Positions 17,938 through 27,850 are shown, counted from the stretch's first letter. The stretch is 64,000 nt of DNA from an uncultured Acidobacteriota bacterium (GCA_963822445.1 CAWGHO010000002.1:1536001-1600000), one strand, 5' to 3'. Numbers and translations: made by a program. Notes: generated by a model not told the origin, from the sequence alone.

Positions 17938-20900
17938 TGCAACGTATCGTACAGCGGCTGCACGGGCTCGATCGGCGCGCTTTCGTTCGTCGCGGTGATC
18001 GCCAGCACGCGAACCTTGTCGTCGTTAGGAAGCGTGATCGCCGTCGCTCCGGGCGGCACCACGAAGGAATGGGCCAAGAGGTACGCGAACGAGTAAGGCA
18101 CGTTCGCGCCGCTCGCGTCGTGATGATGCGAGGCGAACCAGGCGATCGGCGCGCGCTTGATGAAGCCCGGAACGAGACCGGTGAAGGCGGTGACTCTCGC
18201 CGTGCGCGGCGGCGCATCCAGCGGCGCGTCCGGACGCGGCGGCAACACCTCGACGCGCTTTTCCCACAAGCGGTTGTCCCACTGCCCGACGTACCCGGTC
18301 CAATCCTGAACAGTCACCTCGGCCCGTTCGCGGCCGATCTGAAACACGGCCTGCCGATCGCCTTCCGCCGCGGCGAGGACGTAAACGCGGCGTGTGCCTT
18401 CCGGCAGCGCAATGGTTTGTCCGCGCGCAATGACCGCGTTCGCCTCGCGCGGATCGGGCAAGGAGAAGGTGATCGGGCCATACGGAATCGCGCGCGGGAG
18501 CATTTCCGCGGGCAGTGTTCTTCGACCCGTCGCCGCGCCATCTTTCGCGGCCATGGCCAGGTCGTACGGCAGTTCGATCGTCTGCGATTTGGGCCGAGGT
18601 TGCGGCGCGGTGCGATCGAGCGTCACCGCGAACGTCCGCAACTGGAACGGCTTCAGCGAGGTCACCAGCGCGCCGCGGGTGATCGTCGCGTTGCCGAGCG
18701 GCATCTCCTGTCCGTTCACTTCGCGTGCGCTCTTCACCGGTCCGGCGAACTCGAGCCGCACCGCTTGCGCGGGCTTGCCGTCCAGTTCCACCAGCCGGAC
18801 GATGATCTCGTCGCTCTCCTCGGCCTTCTTGAGCGCGAGCACGCGAACGCGTGGATGGCTCACGCGCAACAACGAGAAGGTCCTGCCGAGAACGCCGTCA
18901 TGCTTCGGCGACTGAAACGCGATCAACGGCTGCTCGAGACGCATGGCCTGCCAGTCTTCGATCGACGTGCCGCTGTGAGCGGCGAGACCGTACACGAATT
19001 CGTGATGACCGAAATCCTGCGAGGTCTGGTCGCTGTAGGCGCTGTTCCCGCCGTCGAGTCCGGGCGTGTAGAGAAGCGTGAGCCGCACCGTCTCATCCGC
19101 CGGTTTGTCCGATCCATACTTCGCTTCGGTCAACACGGTCACGCCATGACTTCCGCCGCGGTCGGTGAGATCGATCCATTGATGCGACGCGACCTCGTAC
19201 TTGCGAGGCTCGTTGTTGCCGCGGCGAATCGTGCCGACCTGCCAGTTGTACGTCGCCTGCGGATTCGAAGCGGCCAGCGGGAACGTCGCCTTCAGCGAAG
19301 CCCCGGGCGTTCTCCAATCGATGGCATTGGCGATCTCGATGCGATTGCCCGCGTCTCCCGCGGCCAACCGCACGGTCTGCACGAACGTCGATCCTTCCGT
19401 TTTGCGGCTGATCTCCACCGCTACGCGTGCGGGTCCCGATTCGACGACGCGGATTTGCGCCGGTCCTGAAACGAAGCCCCGCGGCGGCTTCTGGCGGTCG
19501 TCCCAGTCCATGTTCCAGGCCGGCCATTCCTGCGGCGATTCGGACTGGATGGCCAGACGCATCGGTGACGCAAGCAGCTCCTTCTTCAGCGTCTTGTCGA
19601 AGATGCCGGCGAGGTCGCCGTTCTCATCGATCCGGATCGTGTATCGATCGTTCGTGAGCGATGACGCCGTTGCCTTCAACGACGAACGAGTCGAAGGAGT
19701 GCCGGGCCGCACGTCGTACACCGCATATCCAATCGACGGCACGCGCGCGAGAAACAGCAGCTTTTCACCGGAGCGCTGCGACGGCACCTCCGTTCCATCC
19801 GGCGCGATCACGCGGACGGGACCCGATGCTTGAATACGCGCCTCGACGATGTCTTCGCGATCGACGTTCAGCGGGTTGTAGACGACGATCGCCGTCCCTT
19901 CCACGTTCGTGTTCATCGCCGCGACGACGCCGTCACTCGCGCTGGTGAGCACATCCGCGAATTGATTCATCGCCACCACCGCGTCGTTCCACGCGTATTC
20001 GTAGGCCTTCGGCGTTGCCGTGCCCGCGGCGGTGTCGTGGAACTGCCCGCCCATCACCAGCGTCCACGCATCTTCGAGGCGTTGTTGCGGATAGGCGCGG
20101 CTGCCGAGCCACATCGCCGCGACCGACGCCTTCTCCGCCGTGTCGGCGAGGAGCTCGTTTTTGCGATTCCAGCGCTTCTGATACGCCTGCGAGGTGAGCG
20201 AACCGGCGGAATGTTCGGTGAGCTCCATCTCCCCCTTGAAGCGCGGCAGCCGTGAGGTCTGATCGGGCTTGATGTCGAGGAACATCTGCTCCGCGCTCGA
20301 CGAAACGACGCGCATCGGTCCGCGCGTGCTCGTGACCATCGACTCCACTCGCGCGACCGAGGATTCGCGCGGCGCACCGCCGATGTCGCCGGTGCCGTAG
20401 TAGTGGTAGTCGGTGAACAGGCCGCCCGTCTCACCGTTGCGGCGCACGCGCGCCGGCCAGTCGATGAAGTTGCGGATGTCGTCCGGCGCTTTGCTTTCCC
20501 GCAAATCCCAGACGATGTCGGCCGAGTACGAACCGGGGTTGAGCGCCGCGATCACCGTCGCGCCGTCGGGTCCTTCCCACAGGCCGACGTTGAACGGGAT
20601 CCCGACCGCCGATCCCCAGGTCAGCTTCTGCGTCGAGAACCCGCGGATGCCCATGTGCGCGAGGATGCTCGGCAGCGACGAGGGAAAGCCGAAGCTGTCC
20701 GGCAGCATGAATTCGGCGCTGGTCGTTCCCAGCTCGCGCCGGAAGTAGCGCGAGCCGTACAGCACCTGCCGGATGATCGACTCGGCGGAAGGCGAGTTGA
20801 CGTCGCTCTCCTCCATCGACGACCCCGATGGGAACCAGCGGCCGGCGCGGACGTAGGCCTTCATCGTCTCGTAATCGGCCGGGTAGTACTCCTTCATCAG

Positions 20901-21152
20901 CCGGTACCGGTTCGCACCGCTGAAGTTGAAGATGTAATGCGGATACTTCTCGAAGAGCTTGAAGTTGTCGTGGAGCGTCGACGGCAGATACTCGAGGATC
21001 GTCGCCGGATACTCCCAGCGCCACTGCGTGTCGAGATGCGCGTATCCCACGACGTAAAGCGTCGGCTCGCGGGTGAGATCGGGCGGGTCGTCGGCGAGGG
21101 CGATCGTGGCGCACATGGCGACGATGCAAGCCAGCCAGCGGGATGTGCTCAT
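17934..21152 (-). CDS. GH38 alpha-mannosidase, secreted
   Basis: AHLD.QWRW zinc motif, PDSFG nucleophile motif, G.GD.GG, QFHD...GT; signal peptide. Confidence 0.93.
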   Translation of the reverse strand: MSTSRWLACIVAMCATIALADDPPDLTREPTLYVVGYAHLDTQWRWEYPATILEYLPSTLHDNFKLFEKYPHYIFNFSGANRYRLMKEYYPADYETMKAYVRAGRWFPSGSSMEESDVNSPSAESIIRQVLYGSRYFRRELGTTSAEFMLPDSFGFPSSLPSILAHMGIRGFSTQKLTWGSAVGIPFNVGLWEGPDGATVIAALNPGSYSADIVWDLRESKAPDDIRNFIDWPARVRRNGETGGLFTDYHYYGTGDIGGAPRESSVARVESMVTSTRGPMRVVSSSAEQMFLDIKPDQTSRLPRFKGEMELTEHSAGSLTSQAYQKRWNRKNELLADTAEKASVAAMWLGSRAYPQQRLEDAWTLVMGGQFHDTAAGTATPKAYEYAWNDAVVAMNQFADVLTSASDGVVAAMNTNVEGTAIVVYNPLNVDREDIVEARIQASGPVRVIAPDGTEVPSQRSGEKLLFLARVPSIGYAVYDVRPGTPSTRSSLKATASSLTNDRYTIRIDENGDLAGIFDKTLKKELLASPMRLAIQSESPQEWPAWNMDWDDRQKPPRGFVSGPAQIRVVESGPARVAVEISRKTEGSTFVQTVRLAAGDAGNRIEIANAIDWRTPGASLKATFPLAASNPQATYNWQVGTIRRGNNEPRKYEVASHQWIDLTDRGGSHGVTVLTEAKYGSDKPADETVRLTLLYTPGLDGGNSAYSDQTSQDFGHHEFVYGLAAHSGTSIEDWQAMRLEQPLIAFQSPKHDGVLGRTFSLLRVSHPRVRVLALKKAEESDEIIVRLVELDGKPAQAVRLEFAGPVKSAREVNGQEMPLGNATITRGALVTSLKPFQLRTFAVTLDRTAPQPRPKSQTIELPYDLAMAAKDGAATGRRTLPAEMLPRAIPYGPITFSLPDPREANAVIARGQTIALPEGTRRVYVLAAAEGDRQAVFQIGRERAEVTVQDWTGYVGQWDNRLWEKRVEVLPPRPDAPLDAPPRTARVTAFTGLVPGFIKRAPIAWFASHHHDASGANVPYSFAYLLAHSFVVPPGATAITLPNDDKVRVLAITATNESAPIEPVQPLYDTLQ

Positions 21153-21203
21153 GAACGGGCGACTCTAGCAGGGTAGGGAAAGACGAGAACACGTCACTCC
21201 TAC

Positions 21204-21839
21204 GTGCAGATGGCGAACCCTACGCCGAATCCACCGCAGCCTGCGCCGCCGCCGGTTCAGCCGCCGCCCGTGCAGCCGCCTCCGCCGCCGGCGCCCGATC
21301 CGGTGGAGGATCCGTGGCTGAAGACGGAGCGCGTTCTGATCGGGGCCGCGCCGGCCGTGCTCGCTCTCACGCTCGCACTGCCCGTAATCCTGCTGGCCAC
21401 GACGAGCCTTCATAACATCGCCGGCGCCGACAAGAAAATGCTCGCCCTCTGCATGTCCGTTCTTTTCGCCGGCATCGCGATCGTGTTTCTGGCTCGATTC
21501 GTCCGCAGCCTGGAGAGCGGCGAGCCTCTCGGCATCGAGAGCCACTGGGGCGGATTGGGTGGCGGCGTCGGAGGCTGGAGGATCTCCAGGCCCATCGTCT
21601 ATCTGCTGCCGGCCATCGTCTTCGCCGCCCTGACCGCGGTGGCCATGTCGAGCTATCTCCCCTCGGAGAAGAAAGAGGAGAAGAAACCCCCCGCCACGGA
21701 TACGACGAAGACGACCGCATCGGTCACCACAAAGCAGGGAACGACCACGACCGCGGGAACGACGCAGGGAACGACCACGACCCAGGCACCGGCCAGCGAC
21801 ACCACCGCCACGGCCCAGACGGCGACGAAGGGCCAGTAG
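21204..21839 (+). CDS. Hypothetical three-TM protein with Pro-rich N-terminus, ESHWGGLGGG.GGW motif and Thr-rich tail
   Basis: ORF with three hydrophobic segments; stop 2 bp before the NTPase start; start may be ATG 21210. Confidence 0.7.
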   Translation: MQMANPTPNPPQPAPPPVQPPPVQPPPPPAPDPVEDPWLKTERVLIGAAPAVLALTLALPVILLATTSLHNIAGADKKMLALCMSVLFAGIAIVFLARFVRSLESGEPLGIESHWGGLGGGVGGWRISRPIVYLLPAIVFAALTAVAMSSYLPSEKKEEKKPPATDTTKTTASVTTKQGTTTTAGTTQGTTTTQAPASDTTATAQTATKGQ

Positions 21840-21841
21840 CC

Positions 21842-23824
21842 GTGCCGATCCGGATCAAGAGGTACGTCGAGCCTCTGTCCCTCAGGTCGGAAACCCAGTC
21901 ACCGGCCATCATCGAAAGCGACGCGTACCGTCAGGTCTGCACGGACCTGGAGATGTACGTCAACGGAGAGATTCTCGGCCGCTCATTTCTCGTCGCCGGA
22001 CACCGCGGCGCGGGCAAGACCACGATGCTGCGGCAGGCCGTTCACGAGGTCGACTCCCGCATCCGCAAGAAAGGCGAGACCTCCGGACAGTACGCGAGAC
22101 CGCTCTTCATCGCCCTGCATGGCCCCGATCTTCTTTCGAAGCCGTCCGATCCGCCGAGTGGGAAGCCGGAAGAGCCGCCGAAGCCTGACGAGAAGCCGCA
22201 ACCAGCGGCCGCCGCAGATCCAGCGGCGCCTGCGCCGAAACCCGCACCGGCACCGCAACCCGCTCAGCCCGTACCCAAACCGCCTGACCCGGCGGCGCCT
22301 CTCGAGCCGCCGCCGCGAGACGAGTTGCGCCACTTCCTCGACCGCGTCACCTCCGGCCTCTACGTCGGTGCGGCCCAGGAGTTCGCCCGCCGTTTTCGAG
22401 AGCAGGCGCTGGGCGTGGCAAAGACCGAACGGGAGAAATCGGAGCTGCTCGAGCTGGCAGCCGACCTCCAGGTCCAGCTCGATCGTCAACCGGACCTCGA
22501 CCGCCTGCGCGATTACTGGAACCGCGTCGACGCTCTCGATGGCGGTGTGCTTTACAAAGCCGCGAAGCAGACGGGCCGCGGCGCGGAAGAAGTGACGGCG
22601 CTCTTCAGCATCGGACGGGTCATGCGGACTTTCGCCGGCACGCTGCAGTCCTCGCTGTCGACCGAGGACAGCCGGACGCGGGATGCGTCGGTGAGCCTGG
22701 TGACCATCGACGGCCAGAGTCTGCTGCCGCCGCTCATCGGTCTCGTCACCGGTGCCGTGGTCTGGGGCGTGCTCCCCGAAGCGACCGATCCACTGGTGAA
22801 GGCTTTCTCCGCGCTTCTGACCGGCTTCGGAACGGTGCTCGGCTTCAAGGTGAGCGCGTCGCGTACGCGTTCCAGCTCGCAGACGTGGAAGGAAACCTAC
22901 ATCCCGAAAGACGATCCCGGTTCGCTGTATCGCGTGCTGCCGGGATTGATCGAGCGCTTCCAACGGGTCGGTCTCTTTCCGGTCTTCGTCGTCGACGAGC
23001 TGGACAAGGTCGCGGGGCTGGGAGAAAAGATCAATTCGCTGCTCGGCTACATGAAGCAGTTCGTGACCGAGCGGGCGTTCTTCTGTTTCGTCACGAACCG
23101 CAGCTTCTATCAGCAGGCCAACACGCAGGCGATCGGAAGCGCGTACTCCACGCTTCACACCCGCTTCGGCGATTCGGTGTTCGTCCTCTACCGCCCTGAC
23201 GATTTTCACAAGTACCTGGAGAACATGTTCGTCATCGAGGGTGAGCCGGAGGCGGAGAAGGCTCAGGATGCCGTGGCCATGCTGCGCTACGTGCTCCTGA
23301 GCCGTTCGTATCTTCATCCGTACGATCTGCGCCGGGAGCTGGCTCGCTGGCAGGATGGGGAGCTCGTCAATCGAAGCGTGGAGGACCTGAACAATTCGCC
23401 GCGACTGCAGCGCGATGTGGTGATGCAGGTCGCCGTCGAAGTGGTCTACGCCGGACAGGCCCTGCGCGAACATCTCCGCGATCCGATCACGGCGCAGACG
23501 GCGCTCGACGCGTTGTACTACCCGGCGCGCAAATGGCGCGAAGGCGAGAACGAGCTCGAGATCACGCAGGACAAGTTGACGAAGTATCTGGTCGTGCGCA
23601 CGGGCTTCCGGGAAGAGGCGACCGAGGCGGAGACCACGGCCGCGACGAATGTGCTGATCCCGCCCGCTCTGCAGAAAACGCTGTTCGAACAGGTCGAGCG
23701 GATGATGATTCTGCTCGGCAATCCGCCCGCGCTGATCGAGGAGGCCTCGCAGGCCGGAGTGAGACTGCCCGAGGCGATCATCAGGGTGCTCAGAACTTTC
23801 GAGCCGCTGGTGGAGAAGGTCTGA
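21842..23824 (+). CDS. KAP-like P-loop NTPase with a hydrophobic helix pair between Walker A and Walker B
   Basis: Walker A FLVAGHRGAGKT (~21990-22021); hydrophobic pair LLPPLIGLVTGAVVWGVL / AFSALLTGFGTVLGF; Walker B VFVVDELDK. Confidence 0.75.
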   Translation: MPIRIKRYVEPLSLRSETQSPAIIESDAYRQVCTDLEMYVNGEILGRSFLVAGHRGAGKTTMLRQAVHEVDSRIRKKGETSGQYARPLFIALHGPDLLSKPSDPPSGKPEEPPKPDEKPQPAAAADPAAPAPKPAPAPQPAQPVPKPPDPAAPLEPPPRDELRHFLDRVTSGLYVGAAQEFARRFREQALGVAKTEREKSELLELAADLQVQLDRQPDLDRLRDYWNRVDALDGGVLYKAAKQTGRGAEEVTALFSIGRVMRTFAGTLQSSLSTEDSRTRDASVSLVTIDGQSLLPPLIGLVTGAVVWGVLPEATDPLVKAFSALLTGFGTVLGFKVSASRTRSSSQTWKETYIPKDDPGSLYRVLPGLIERFQRVGLFPVFVVDELDKVAGLGEKINSLLGYMKQFVTERAFFCFVTNRSFYQQANTQAIGSAYSTLHTRFGDSVFVLYRPDDFHKYLENMFVIEGEPEAEKAQDAVAMLRYVLLSRSYLHPYDLRRELARWQDGELVNRSVEDLNNSPRLQRDVVMQVAVEVVYAGQALREHLRDPITAQTALDALYYPARKWREGENELEITQDKLTKYLVVRTGFREEATEAETTAATNVLIPPALQKTLFEQVERMMILLGNPPALIEEASQAGVRLPEAIIRVLRTFEPLVEKV

Positions 23825-25062
23825 TGACCAGATTCCGATTCCGTTTCGATGCGCAGGGAATGAACCTCGATGTTCCGAAGCCTGCGGTCATCGTGGCTGC
23901 CGCGCCGATCGCGCTCGACGCGGTGGAAACACCACCCGATCCCGCTGTTGTGGTGACCGAGCTCAAAGAGTGGCTGGACGCGCACCACGATTTCGGCCTG
24001 GACATGAGTCTTCTCGAGCAGCAGGAGGTACTCCTTGCACCACCGCATTGGAGTTATGTCTCGAGGGCTGCTTCGTCGCTCCTCGGCAGGGAGCTCGCCG
24101 AGCCGGGAACGGAAGAAGACCGGCGGCAGGCAGTGCAGAAATACGTGGAAATGCTTGCGGCGCGCGAGGAGATCCTCAACTACGCTCTGGCGATCGCGGC
24201 GTACGCAAGCACGGTCGCCATCGGGCGCGATCCCGCGCAAAGGATGCGGAACGCGCTGATGGCCCTTCCGAAGGGCGCGAAGATGGACCCGTCTTTCTTC
24301 GAGACCGGCCCCCTGCTGCGTCCGTTGCCGCGCCTTCTTGCTCAAGGGAAAGCCAAGCAATGGGCCGATGCCGTCCTGGCCCGCCACGAAGAGATCGTCG
24401 ACACCACGCCTCATCCCCCCATGCCTGCAGTCGAGGAAGCCGGTTGGAAAACCTGGCAGAAGAGACTCTCTGACTTTCACCACAGCCGCCGGTCGTTTCC
24501 TGTGGATGAGAACGATCTCCTGTTGCGCGCACGATCGGCGGGGCCTGCTGCGCTGTTCTGGAACGAGCTCGACCAGATGCCGCTTCGGAAATGGACCGAT
24601 GCGCTTCTGGCCGCGTCGCGAAGCACGGACGTCCCGCCGTGGGTGCGTCGCGAAGTTGAAATGGAGCTCGTGACGGACCGCAAAACCGTTGTGATCATCG
24701 TCGGAGATTCGGAATCGTCCCCCACCGCCGGCTGGCTTCCGTCGAAAAACGTCGGCTCCCTGTGGGTCGCCCGGGCGCGCTGGGAGGAGGCCTACGATGC
24801 CTTGCCCGCCAAACCCCTCAGGGAGGCCGCGGCCTCGGTTCTGGCCATGGAGGTCGCTGGCGATCCTGACGCGGTCACTCAACTCATCACTCGTCATCCG
24901 AGCGGCGTGATTGGTCGCATCCCGAGCCCGGCGCCATTCCAGGTCTATCTCGGCAAGGACAAACTGCCGCCGCAAGCTACCCCGATGGTCCCCTACATCG
25001 AGGGAGCGAAGGACGTCGATGACGTGATCACCAAGATCGCGGCGCTGACACGACTGGCGTAA
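23824..25062 (+). CDS. Hypothetical protein, 412 aa, coupled to the NTPase
   Basis: TGATG stop-start overlap at 23822-23826; long ORF with no recognisable motif. Confidence 0.65.
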   Translation: MTRFRFRFDAQGMNLDVPKPAVIVAAAPIALDAVETPPDPAVVVTELKEWLDAHHDFGLDMSLLEQQEVLLAPPHWSYVSRAASSLLGRELAEPGTEEDRRQAVQKYVEMLAAREEILNYALAIAAYASTVAIGRDPAQRMRNALMALPKGAKMDPSFFETGPLLRPLPRLLAQGKAKQWADAVLARHEEIVDTTPHPPMPAVEEAGWKTWQKRLSDFHHSRRSFPVDENDLLLRARSAGPAALFWNELDQMPLRKWTDALLAASRSTDVPPWVRREVEMELVTDRKTVVIIVGDSESSPTAGWLPSKNVGSLWVARARWEEAYDALPAKPLREAAASVLAMEVAGDPDAVTQLITRHPSGVIGRIPSPAPFQVYLGKDKLPPQATPMVPYIEGAKDVDDVITKIAALTRLA

Positions 25063-25075
25063 CCTTTACGCCCAG

Positions 25076-26491
25076 ATGAAAGTCGCGTTCCTCAAGCCTC
25101 CCATCGGAGGAATTCTCGGCCTGGAGATGCTCACCTTCGTCGAGCCGCTCGGGCCGATCTGCGTTGCGGCCTGCCTGGAGGCCGAAGGGCACGAGTGCAA
25201 AGTCATCGATCTGCGGATCGACGGCGAAAAGCAGGGCATGGAGCTCTGCCGGAAGTTCGATCCGGACATCGTCGGATTGCAGTGCAACTTCACCACGGAG
25301 CGCAATCGCACCATCCGCCTGGCCGAACAGGTCCGGCGGGACATGCCCAACGCCTTCATCGTCGTCGGCGGTCACGACGCCTCGCGCGATCCCGACTTTT
25401 TCCGCAATACCGCGATCGACGCGATCGCCGCTGGCGACGGCGAAGAAGTCATGCCGCCGCTCGTCGATGCATTGCAGCGCGGCGCCGATCTCCGCAAGAT
25501 CCGCGGCCTGCAGGTCAACAACGACGGCGAATGGTTCTTCACCGGAAACGCCGACGCGCGGCCGAACCTCGACAGCTATCCGCCGCCGGCCCGGCATCTC
25601 ATCGAGCACTACGCCGATCACTACTACATCAACTTCCGCAAGCCGATGGCGCTCATGGAAACGGCGCGCGGCTGTCCGTACAAATGCAACTTCTGCTCGG
25701 TCTGGAAGTTTCACGAGTCGACCTTCCGTGAGAAATCGCCGGCGCGCGTCGTGCGCGAGCTGCAGGACATCAAGGCCGACGCGATCTTCATCACCGACGA
25801 CATCTTCTGGATGAACGTGAAGCGCGGCGAGGAGATGGCCCGGCAAATCAAGGCTGCCGGAATCAAGAAGTACTTCGCCGTGCAGACCCGCACCGACATC
25901 ATCTGCAAGTTCCCGCACCTCGTGGAGATGTGGAAGGACTGCGGCCAGCTGCAGGTCTTCCTCGGCCTGGAGTCCGTCACCAACGAAGGCCTGCGCGCGG
26001 TGAACAAGAAGAACACCGCCGATCACAACGTCCGCGCCGTGCAGATCCTGAAGGAGCTCGGCGTCGGCGCGACCTGCAACTTCATCGTCGATCCGGCCTG
26101 GGACCGCGAGGACTTCGCGCGGCTGCGCGACTGGATCGAAGAGATGAACACGTGGATCAGCGGTTTTTCAATTCTCACGCCGCTGCCGGGCACCGACCTG
26201 TGGGACGACACGAAGAGCCGCATCACCACGGACAAGTGGGAGATGTTCGACATCGTCCACGCCGTGCTGCCGACCAAGCTGCCTCTCGATGAGTTTTACG
26301 AGGAGTACTCGCGGCTCTGGCGGCATGTGCTCGAGGTCCGTTATCGCTCCGAAGGACGGATGAAGAATTACGCGCGGGTGGCGACGGCGCTGGTGACCGG
26401 CAAGCTCTCGCTGAAGAACATCCAGCGCGGCGTGGGCATGGCCAAGAAGTTCAGCGATCCGAAGACGTTCCTGCGCGCGCACGAGGCCTGA
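25076..26491 (+). CDS. Cobalamin-dependent radical SAM methyltransferase, HpnR-like
   Basis: B12-binding N-domain (EPLG, VVGGHDAS); RGCPYKCNFC (CxxxCxxC); LTPLPGT.LW; FDI.HAVLPT.LPL.EFY as recalled for HpnR-type enzymes. Confidence 0.8.
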   Translation: MKVAFLKPPIGGILGLEMLTFVEPLGPICVAACLEAEGHECKVIDLRIDGEKQGMELCRKFDPDIVGLQCNFTTERNRTIRLAEQVRRDMPNAFIVVGGHDASRDPDFFRNTAIDAIAAGDGEEVMPPLVDALQRGADLRKIRGLQVNNDGEWFFTGNADARPNLDSYPPPARHLIEHYADHYYINFRKPMALMETARGCPYKCNFCSVWKFHESTFREKSPARVVRELQDIKADAIFITDDIFWMNVKRGEEMARQIKAAGIKKYFAVQTRTDIICKFPHLVEMWKDCGQLQVFLGLESVTNEGLRAVNKKNTADHNVRAVQILKELGVGATCNFIVDPAWDREDFARLRDWIEEMNTWISGFSILTPLPGTDLWDDTKSRITTDKWEMFDIVHAVLPTKLPLDEFYEEYSRLWRHVLEVRYRSEGRMKNYARVATALVTGKLSLKNIQRGVGMAKKFSDPKTFLRAHEA

Positions 26492-26520
26492 GCGGATGCC
26501 TCACTACATCCTCTCAGCGG

Positions 26521-27039
26521 TCAGAGATACCGTTCCCTGAGAATGCGCGTGTGGTGAATGACGTGCCCCGCGGCGATGTAAGCCATCGCCCGAACGGAAA
26601 ACGCATAGCCGCTGGCGACGCCGCGCCGCAACCACGCCTCGGGCGAGAGGTTGTCGAACAGGTCGAGCGTCGCCGCGCGGATCGACCCGAATTCGTGAAC
26701 GTGCGAAGCCATCGTTCGCTCCGCCGGTCTGGCCGTCTTCACGGCGAGCTCGGGCTCGAAGCTCGGCAGCGGCGGCTCCATCTCCCGCGCGAACCAGAAC
26801 GCTCGGATGGTGTAGAGCCGTTCGCAGTCGTTGATGTGACTCACGATCTCGCGCACGCTCCACTTGTCCGGCGCGTAACGATGATCGGCGATCGACTCCG
26901 GCAACGCCGCCAGAAACGACCGCGCTTCGCGGCCCTGCTCTTCGAGGATCGAGCGGATGTCGCCGTCGGGAACCTGATCGATGTAGCTGAAGTAGTACTC
27001 GACCGTTTCGTCGCGCTCGGGCCGTCCGGGGATGTTCAT
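26521..27039 (-). CDS. DinB family protein
   Basis: RYAPDKWSVREIVSH..D.ER, IAAGH..HH..IL.ERYL. Confidence 0.88.
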   Translation of the reverse strand: MNIPGRPERDETVEYYFSYIDQVPDGDIRSILEEQGREARSFLAALPESIADHRYAPDKWSVREIVSHINDCERLYTIRAFWFAREMEPPLPSFEPELAVKTARPAERTMASHVHEFGSIRAATLDLFDNLSPEAWLRRGVASGYAFSVRAMAYIAAGHVIHHTRILRERYL

Positions 27040-27063
27040 ATGCTTCAGCATTATCCTTCGCGC

Positions 27064-27366
27064 ATGCTGTCGTACGAAGTAACCATCCAGGTCGACGATC
27101 TCGCGCTCGCCGGTGCGCTGGAGCGGTACATGCGCGACAAACATCTCTCGGAGGTCTTCGCGACGGGCTGCTTCCTCGACGCGCATTTCGAAACGAGCGA
27201 AGCGGGCGTCTATCGCTCGCGATACACCGTCGCGTCGCAGGAAGATCTCGATCGCTATCTCCAGGAATCAGCCCCGCGGTTGCGCGCCGATTTCGTCGAG
27301 CATTTCCCGGCCGGACTGCGGGTGAGCCGTGCCGTCTGGACTGAGCTTGCCGGCGCGAGCCGCTGA
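27064..27366 (+). CDS. DUF4286-like small protein
   Basis: YEVT.......YMR..H..EV.ATGCF, L..YL...APRLR.DF...FP; -10-like TATCCT 6 nt upstream. Confidence 0.75.
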   Translation: MLSYEVTIQVDDLALAGALERYMRDKHLSEVFATGCFLDAHFETSEAGVYRSRYTVASQEDLDRYLQESAPRLRADFVEHFPAGLRVSRAVWTELAGASR

Positions 27367-27367
27367 G

Positions 27368-27850
27368 TCAGCGGGTCAGCTCCAGCGTCATCTCGACCAT
27401 CGTGTCGCGAAAGCCGAGCCGTGCGAACAGCGCGTGCGCCCCGCCGTTCTGCGCGGCCGTCCACAAAACGACGCGAGGCGCTCCGCGCTCGCGCAGCCAG
27501 TCGATGGCCGCGGCCATCAACTTCGTCCCGATTCCGTGACCACACGATCCCTCGGCAACGAGCACGTCGTGAATGAATCCCGCCGGGCCGCGGAGCTCTT
27601 TCCACGACAGCGGCTCGAGCGCGGCGAAGACGTAGCCCACGACTCCGCTGCCGTCATCGGCCACGAAAATCACGCTGTCCGGATCATCGAGCATCGACCC
27701 GAGGAATCCTGCGTACCCCACGGACGCACCAGCCCTCGGCGTCAGGAAGCGCAGCCGGTCGAATTCGTAGTGTTGTTGCATCAGCGCCGCGCCGAGCTGG
27801 CCGAGCGCCGGAGGATCGGCGGCAGTCGCTTTGCGGATCGTCACGGTCAT
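27368..27850 (-). CDS. GNAT N-acetyltransferase
   Basis: IHDVLV.....GHGIGTKL motif A; N.GA..LF..LGF motif B. Confidence 0.9.
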   Translation of the reverse strand: MTVTIRKATAADPPALGQLGAALMQQHYEFDRLRFLTPRAGASVGYAGFLGSMLDDPDSVIFVADDGSGVVGYVFAALEPLSWKELRGPAGFIHDVLVAEGSCGHGIGTKLMAAAIDWLRERGAPRVVLWTAAQNGGAHALFARLGFRDTMVEMTLELTR

